Under the pieces are notes generated by a model. It had not been told where the DNA came from and ran no database searches. It worked only from the letters and a program-made list of their open reading frames with translations. A stretch of 64,000 nt of DNA from a bacterium. Its GTDB lineage: Bacteria; SAR324; NAC60-12. Location: the NCBI GenBank assembly GCA_965209155.1, contig OZ242383.1, positions 384,001 through 448,000 of the forward strand. The letters run 5' to 3'. Shown here one piece after another: positions 58,278 to 64,000 of this stretch. The stretch's first letter is position 1; each line of letters begins with the position of its first letter. Made by a program: the position numbers and the translations under genes.

Positions 58278-60161
58278 ATGAGTATTTTAAAGAAACTTGT
58301 TGCCTCCATCAAGAGGCTGAACCCGGCAGGCTCCTGGTCTGCTGTACAAAAACTTGTTCCTGTAAACTTGTCCCTGCGAAAGCAGGGAGCGGGGACGCAA
58401 TCATTATTGCTCACCTTAACCCTGGTGGTGACCGCCTTTTGGGTCAGCCAGGCAGCCATGGCGGCTGAGAAAAAGATGGTCACAGATCCCACCACCGGGG
58501 AGATGGTAACCGCTCCGGAGTATGGCGGGACCTTGACCTATGTCCGCAAGCAGGTGGGTGAGCATACGGACGTCTATTTCATTAGTGGCTGGGCGAGCCA
58601 CTTCATCAGTGGCGTGCTCGAGAAGCTCAGCATCGCGGACTGGGGAATAGATCGGGACGTGGTTGACTGGAAAACCACCTACGTCCCTTTCAGTGGCTTA
58701 AAAGGGGCGCTGGCGGAAAGCTGGTCGCAACCCGATCCACTGACCTATGTCTTCAAAATCCGCCAGGGCGTTCACTGGCATGACAAGGCTCCCATGAATG
58801 GCAGAGCATTTACGGCCAAGGACGTCGAATATAACTTTCACCGCATGATGGGTCTGGGCAGCGGCTACACCGAACATAGCACCATGTTTGGACCACTGCA
58901 CACTTATCAATGGGAATCGATAATGGCCACCGATGATTCGACGGTTGTGATGAAGCTGAAGGAGCCACAGCCCCTGGCGCTATTCTTTATTGTCGACCAC
59001 TACAATGCTTTTATGTACCCTCCCGAGGTATTCGAGCAATACGGCGACGTTAAGGATTGGAAGAACCTGGTCGGCACCGGGCCCTTTATGCTGACGGACT
59101 ACGTCGAGGACAGCTCTATCACCTGGGACAAGAATCCCAACTACTGGGGTTTTGACGAAAAATACCCGGAGAACCGCCTGCCCTATATCGACCAGTTGCG
59201 GGGCGCGGTTATGCCGGAACCAGCCGTATTCGTAGCGGCCCTACGCTCGGCTAAGGTTGATTACGCAGGGACCCCCGGCGACTCTCAACTCAGGTCTATC
59301 GACCAGATAGAGAGCCTCAAGAAGACCAACCCCGAACTCGTGTTTCACTCGTATTGGTATCGTTCGGATAATTGTTTCACTTTTAACGTGGTGGATAAGC
59401 CGCCCTTTGACGACATCAGGGTGCGCAAGGCCATGCAGATGGCACTGGACCTCGAGACCATTAACCGTACCTTCTTTAAGGGTTATGGAAACTGGGAACC
59501 TGCCGGGCTGGTAGCGGCAGACATCAAAGGGTATACCACCCCATTTGCAGAGTGGCCCGAGGAGGTCAAGAAAGGCTATACCTATGACCCGGAAGGGGCC
59601 GGGAAGCTGCTTGATGAGGCTGGGTTTCCGCTCGGCTCGGATGGCATTCGATTCAAGACCGTCCTGAACGGTTCGTATCGGTGGGACCTGAACTACCTGG
59701 AATTAGCCGCCGCATACTGGAGTGAGATTGGCATCGTGGTAGAGATTAATCTCATGGATTCACAAGCGGCCATCCCGATGAGAAACGATGGGACTTATGA
59801 AGGTTTCTGGGCTACGGCTTCGGGCAACAGGTGGATACCTGTCGAGATAATGCGCGGGTATTACTCGAAAACTGAGTGGCAAAAGTGGCGGGGAATAGCT
59901 GAACCGGAATATGACGCCTTGTTTGAAGCCGCCCTGGCCACTGCCGACGTTGAAGAGCAGCAGAGGATGGTTAGGGAGTTGGATATGTACGGGATAGAGA
60001 GGCACTGGACAATATGGGGTCCCGAAACCCCACAGTTTAACGTGCACCAGCCGTGGGTCATAGGGTATAACGGTGAACTCTGGTTGGGAATCGGTCAACA
60101 TAATACCCCCTTCACCCGCCTCTGGATTGACCAGGACCTGAAGAAAGAAATGGGGCATTAG
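58278..60161 (+). CDS. Peptide/nickel ABC substrate-binding protein (family 5)
   Basis: GAGG RBS; YGGTL, LAESW, VGTGPF, PFDDIRVRKA. Confidence 0.92.
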   Translation: MSILKKLVASIKRLNPAGSWSAVQKLVPVNLSLRKQGAGTQSLLLTLTLVVTAFWVSQAAMAAEKKMVTDPTTGEMVTAPEYGGTLTYVRKQVGEHTDVYFISGWASHFISGVLEKLSIADWGIDRDVVDWKTTYVPFSGLKGALAESWSQPDPLTYVFKIRQGVHWHDKAPMNGRAFTAKDVEYNFHRMMGLGSGYTEHSTMFGPLHTYQWESIMATDDSTVVMKLKEPQPLALFFIVDHYNAFMYPPEVFEQYGDVKDWKNLVGTGPFMLTDYVEDSSITWDKNPNYWGFDEKYPENRLPYIDQLRGAVMPEPAVFVAALRSAKVDYAGTPGDSQLRSIDQIESLKKTNPELVFHSYWYRSDNCFTFNVVDKPPFDDIRVRKAMQMALDLETINRTFFKGYGNWEPAGLVAADIKGYTTPFAEWPEEVKKGYTYDPEGAGKLLDEAGFPLGSDGIRFKTVLNGSYRWDLNYLELAAAYWSEIGIVVEINLMDSQAAIPMRNDGTYEGFWATASGNRWIPVEIMRGYYSKTEWQKWRGIAEPEYDALFEAALATADVEEQQRMVRELDMYGIERHWTIWGPETPQFNVHQPWVIGYNGELWLGIGQHNTPFTRLWIDQDLKKEMGH

Positions 60162-60168
60162 GGATGCC

Positions 60169-61134
60169 ATGAGAGCCTATATCATCAGGAGGATATTGCT
60201 CCTCATCCCCACCCTGTTCATCCTGACTATCCTGGTATTTCTCTCGGTGCGCTTCATCCCGGGCGACGTCGTGGATTTAATAATGGGTAGGATGGAATGG
60301 TATGGCACTGGCGGCGAGGAGATTGACCGTGATGAGGTCAGGCGTATGCTGGGATTGGACGTGCCTGTCTACGTCCAGTATGGACGCTGGATCGGAAATA
60401 TTATCCGGCACGGCAGCCTTGGCGAATCCCTGCTGGGCGGTTATGCGATCGAGGAGAAGATATTAGATAGATTGCCGGTCACCATTGAGCTGGGCGTCCT
60501 GGCCATCGTCATCTCGCTCTTGATAGCCCTGCCCGTCGGCATCTACTCGGCGATACGCCAGGATACGACCGCCGACTACGCAGGGCGCACCCTGGCCATC
60601 ATCGGCCTGGCCACGCCTAACTTCTGGCTGGCCCTGATGGTCATTATCTTCCCGGCCATCTGGTGGGGCTGGTCGCCCCCGACGGAGCTGGTTCCTTTCT
60701 CCGAAGACCCGCTGGGCAATCTCGCGGTGTTCCTCATTCCCAGCCTGATTCTGGGGACGGCCCTGTCGGCGGCCACCATGCGGATGACGCGTACGATGAT
60801 GCTGGAGGTGTTGCGGCAGGATTACATCCGCACTGCCTGGTCCAAGGGGCTCCGGGAGCGGGTCGTAGTGATCCGGCACAGCATCAAAAATGCCCTCATC
60901 CCGATCGTGACCCTGATCGGCCTGCAGTTGCCGATCCTGGTCGGGGGTTCCGTGATCATGGAGCACATCTTTAACCTGCCGGGGTTGGGTCGTCTGATGC
61001 TCACGGCACTCAATGACAGGGACTACCCGACGGTCTCCGGAGTGAACCTGTTTTTCGCCACCGTGGTGATCGCGGTCAATCTGATGATCGACCTGATTTA
61101 TCCCTATTTGGACCCCAGGATCCGGTATAAATAG
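60169..61134 (+). CDS. Peptide ABC permease (DppB/OppB-like)
   Basis: YIIRR, RLPVTIEL, QDYIRTAWSKGL, LDPRI. Confidence 0.95.
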   Translation: MRAYIIRRILLLIPTLFILTILVFLSVRFIPGDVVDLIMGRMEWYGTGGEEIDRDEVRRMLGLDVPVYVQYGRWIGNIIRHGSLGESLLGGYAIEEKILDRLPVTIELGVLAIVISLLIALPVGIYSAIRQDTTADYAGRTLAIIGLATPNFWLALMVIIFPAIWWGWSPPTELVPFSEDPLGNLAVFLIPSLILGTALSAATMRMTRTMMLEVLRQDYIRTAWSKGLRERVVVIRHSIKNALIPIVTLIGLQLPILVGGSVIMEHIFNLPGLGRLMLTALNDRDYPTVSGVNLFFATVVIAVNLMIDLIYPYLDPRIRYK

Positions 61135-61253
61135 TTGCTGGCGCGACAGGTATGAGGGGTTAGGCTGAAAGGGGAAGGCTGTCAGGGCATCAGTCATAAC
61201 TTCAGTCCTCAGCCTGGTATTTCAGGTGTTACGGAGTAATGAACCCCTTTTGT

Positions 61254-61402
61254 GTCATTCCTGGCTTGACCAGGAATCCAGAGGTATGCAGCCAGACCAG
61301 AAACCTGGATACCCGCTCCCCGCATTCGCGTGGACAAGTTTAGCGAGGATGACGTTACACTAGGATACTCCTATTATTGAAGATTTATGTCGAACTCGGG
61401 TT
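61254..61402. repeat. Second, partial copy of the 57571 MITE-like element
   Basis: Shares GGAATCCAGAGG.ATGCAGCCAGA and GATACTC.TATT.TTGAAGA...ATGTCGAACTC.G.TT. Confidence 0.75.
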
Positions 61403-61407
61403 AAACT

Positions 61408-62376
61408 ATGAACAACACCCAAGAGATACCCTCTCCCATCCATGAGCCCAAACGACGGGGTTGGTTTGTGGATCTCTTCATCAGGCTTCTCAAGGAGAAG
61501 CCCATGGGCACCTTCGGCGGGATTGTCATCCTGATCTTGATTCTGGTGGCGATCTTTGCCGATGTTCTGGCTCCTTATCGTTATGATAAAATGCACCTGG
61601 CAGACCGGCTGCAGGGCCCATCAACCCAGTATCTCCTGGGGACCGACCAGTTGGGGCGAGATTTCTTGAGCCGCCTGATCGTCGGGGCTCGTCTTTCCAT
61701 CTATGTCGGTCTGGCCGCGACCACGGTTAATGTACTCGTCGCTCTCCTGGTCGGCGGCATTTCCGGATTCATTGGGGGTAAATTGGACCTGGCGGTGCAG
61801 CGCTTTGTCGATGCCTGGATGGCGTTCCCGGGCCTGCTCGTCTTGTTAACGATCATGTCCATCGCGGGGCGGGGATTGCCACAAATGATACTGGTCCTGG
61901 GGATCGCCGGAGGAATCAGCGGCTCCCGAGTGATCCGAAGCGCCGTGATCGCTATCAAAGAGAATGACTATTTTCTGGCAGCCCAGGCCGTGGGCACCCC
62001 CACAACTCAAATCCTCATTCGCCATGTCCTGCCCAATATTATCGCGCCCCTCATCATAATCTTCTCCATCAACATCGGGGGGGTGATTATGGCAGAGGCT
62101 TCCTTGAGCTTCCTCGGATTTGGTCTGCCCCCGAGCATTCCCAGCTGGGGTGGTCTGCTCAGCCGGGAAGGGCGTCAGTACATGGAGGTGGCCCCACGGC
62201 TGGCAATCTGGCCCGGGCTTTGCCTGACGATTGTCGTCTACTCCCTCAACATGTTCGGCGATGCCATGCGCGATCTGCTCGATCCCCGACTGCGAGGCGG
62301 CCAGGGCAGTTACGGCACTGCAAAGGTGAAACGCAAAAAAAGTCTCCTGGACCGACTGATCAACCCGTTCAAATAG
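61408..62376 (+). CDS. Peptide ABC permease (DppC/OppC-like)
   Basis: LLGTDQLGRD, RHVLPN, EASLSFLG, GDAMRDLLDPR. Confidence 0.95.
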   Translation: MNNTQEIPSPIHEPKRRGWFVDLFIRLLKEKPMGTFGGIVILILILVAIFADVLAPYRYDKMHLADRLQGPSTQYLLGTDQLGRDFLSRLIVGARLSIYVGLAATTVNVLVALLVGGISGFIGGKLDLAVQRFVDAWMAFPGLLVLLTIMSIAGRGLPQMILVLGIAGGISGSRVIRSAVIAIKENDYFLAAQAVGTPTTQILIRHVLPNIIAPLIIIFSINIGGVIMAEASLSFLGFGLPPSIPSWGGLLSREGRQYMEVAPRLAIWPGLCLTIVVYSLNMFGDAMRDLLDPRLRGGQGSYGTAKVKRKKSLLDRLINPFK

Positions 62377-62915
62377 TAAACTCACACAAAATTTTGAAAA
62401 CCCTCGCTTGCTGATGGGAAGCCTTGGCAAACACCACATTCAAGCGGTATGCATTGCGGGGGTAGGTGTCAAGTGAACCGCCTGGTTGGCACTTATTTTT
62501 TGAATTATTGCATGTGTGCTCGTCATGAGAATCTAAGGAAAGACCGTTTATTCATCCGGATCAATTCCTGCTTTTTTCAAAATGCCCATGAGCCTTTCTT
62601 TTTCAGCTCTTTCGTTTTCTAATTTGATAGATTTCAAGAAATCGCTTTGGGCTGAAGGATTTATTTCAATGTCGCTCATATTTTAGCCGAAAGTCATCTA
62701 AAACCTCATATCCTCACCAGAGGATTTTTAGAAACGGTCAACGGGGAATGGAAAAGTGTCAAAAATGTTGACTTCCGTATCTCAATGTGAAAAAAATATT
62801 TTCGTTGATCATCAGAAGACATTCATGAATGAGTCGCCCTGTTCAAAAAAACCTTGACCGTCATTTGCAGATCGATTATATATTATTTTATTCTAGGGAT
62901 GGAAGGGCAATAACG

Positions 62916-64000
62916 GAGTTATAGTCAAATTCTGGGGATGGCAATTCAGGCGGCGATCCTGTATTGAGGAATTCCATCGACAAATTGTACTCCCTCTATC
63001 ACTTCGGCTAATCGTTTAAATCCGTGTAATCGGATCCAATTTTTCTGAGCGGATTCCATTAATTTGAATGCCATCGTCAAGACGGTATTTCTTGAGAAAC
63101 AACCTCTGACTTTGGCAGTTCTCAGTTTGACAGTAGCGAAGGTGGATTCAATGGGATTGCTCGTTCTCAAATGCCTCCAATGCTCTGCCGGGAAATCATA
63201 GAAGGCCATCAAGGTCTCCTGATCTTTAATCAAGCAGTGAGTGGCTTTAGGATATTTCGCCTCATACATGTCAACAAAATGCTTTAAGGCTTTGAAAGCT
63301 TCCTCTTTGCTGCTGGCCATCCAAATTTGATGGAGACGATCCTTGGCTTTATGATGCTCCCTTTTTGGTAAATAGTTGAGAATGTTTCCCGTTTTGTGCA
63401 TCCAACAACGCTGCTCTTTGCTCTGAGGATAGACTTTTTTCAAAGCTTTCCAAAATCCCATCGCTCCGTCTCCCACAGCGATTTTAGGGGCCTCAGTCAA
63501 TCCCCGGTGCTTCAGATCCATCAGCAGTTCCCTCCAGGATTGCTCACTTTCCCGGTAGCCATCTTCCAAGGCAACGAGCTCTTTATCTCCATTTTCTGTT
63601 GCCCCCACAATCACCAAGAGGCATTGTTTATCTTTATCCATTCTCACATTGCAATACACGCCATCGACCCAGAGATAAACATAATGACTCTGGGAGAGAT
63701 CCCGTTGTTTCCAGGCTTTCCAATCCTCATACCAGCTTGATTTAAGACGGCTCACTGTCGCTGAAGACAAGCCCGCCGCTCTTTTACCTAAAATCGCTGC
63801 GAGCGCCTCCTGAAAGCCACCAGTGGAAATCCCTTTCAGATACAGCCAGGGAATCAGGGCTTCAATACTTTTACTTTTCCTCAGATAAGGGGGGATCAAC
63901 TTGGAAGAAAATCGAATCCTTTCCTCTGATGAGGTGCTTTGACGATCTTTACTCCGCGGAACTTTCACGGATATAGAACCAATTCCCGTCTGAATCTCCC
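62916..64000 (-). mobile_element. IS256-family insertion sequence, truncated by the window end
   Basis: Transposase ORF plus IR-like end GAGTTATAGTCAAATTCTGG at 62916. Confidence 0.85.
62946..64000 (-). CDS. IS256-family transposase, 5'-partial
   Basis: YLKGIST, YLWVDG, VGDGAMG, QRCWMH, RTSNPIES. Confidence 0.93.
   Translation of the reverse strand, partial: EIQTGIGSISVKVPRSKDRQSTSSEERIRFSSKLIPPYLRKSKSIEALIPWLYLKGISTGGFQEALAAILGKRAAGLSSATVSRLKSSWYEDWKAWKQRDLSQSHYVYLWVDGVYCNVRMDKDKQCLLVIVGATENGDKELVALEDGYRESEQSWRELLMDLKHRGLTEAPKIAVGDGAMGFWKALKKVYPQSKEQRCWMHKTGNILNYLPKREHHKAKDRLHQIWMASSKEEAFKALKHFVDMYEAKYPKATHCLIKDQETLMAFYDFPAEHWRHLRTSNPIESTFATVKLRTAKVRGCFSRNTVLTMAFKLMESAQKNWIRLHGFKRLAEVIEGVQFVDGIPQYRIAA

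Overview
Bacterial chromosomal window, probably from a deltaproteobacterium-like lineage (inferred from gene content only). An AT-richer housekeeping backbone (hisS, lspA, coaBC, argB, ftsZ, ftsA, trkA, prs-like, purN, purD-purE fusion, DegP/Q protease, guaB, tsaC) is interrupted by GC-richer accessory blocks. (1) 1.8-11.3 kb is a decayed SNF2-helicase/DUF1156-methylase/DUF499 restriction-like locus. Its core genes are broken or deleted, while three interleaved ABC-ATPase + nuclease-type modules (TOPRIM-like partner, PIN partner, fused TOPRIM) are still open. (2) 14.8-22.7 kb is a zone of relics: an eda/kdgK deletion fusion, a truncated SDR, a group IIC intron 3' end next to a HigBA-like cassette with a dead toxin, a duplicated aldo-keto reductase and an IS1380 fragment. 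(3) 22.7-33.5 kb is a sugar ABC operon with a sigma54 promoter, next to a 2095-aa enhancer-binding protein (pseudokinase-AAA-TPR-GAF-PAS-sigma54 AAA-HTH) that carries an integrase arm-type DNA-binding domain at its N-terminus. (4) A four-helix-bundle gene is enclosed by inverted hexamer repeats and IS200/IS605-like hairpins. (5) A peptide ABC cluster has MITE-like palindromic repeats, and an IS256 transposase lies at the window end. The ftsZ 3' end is tandemly duplicated. No rRNA, tRNA or CRISPR array was recognised. Family assignments come from motif recognition by eye, not from database searches.
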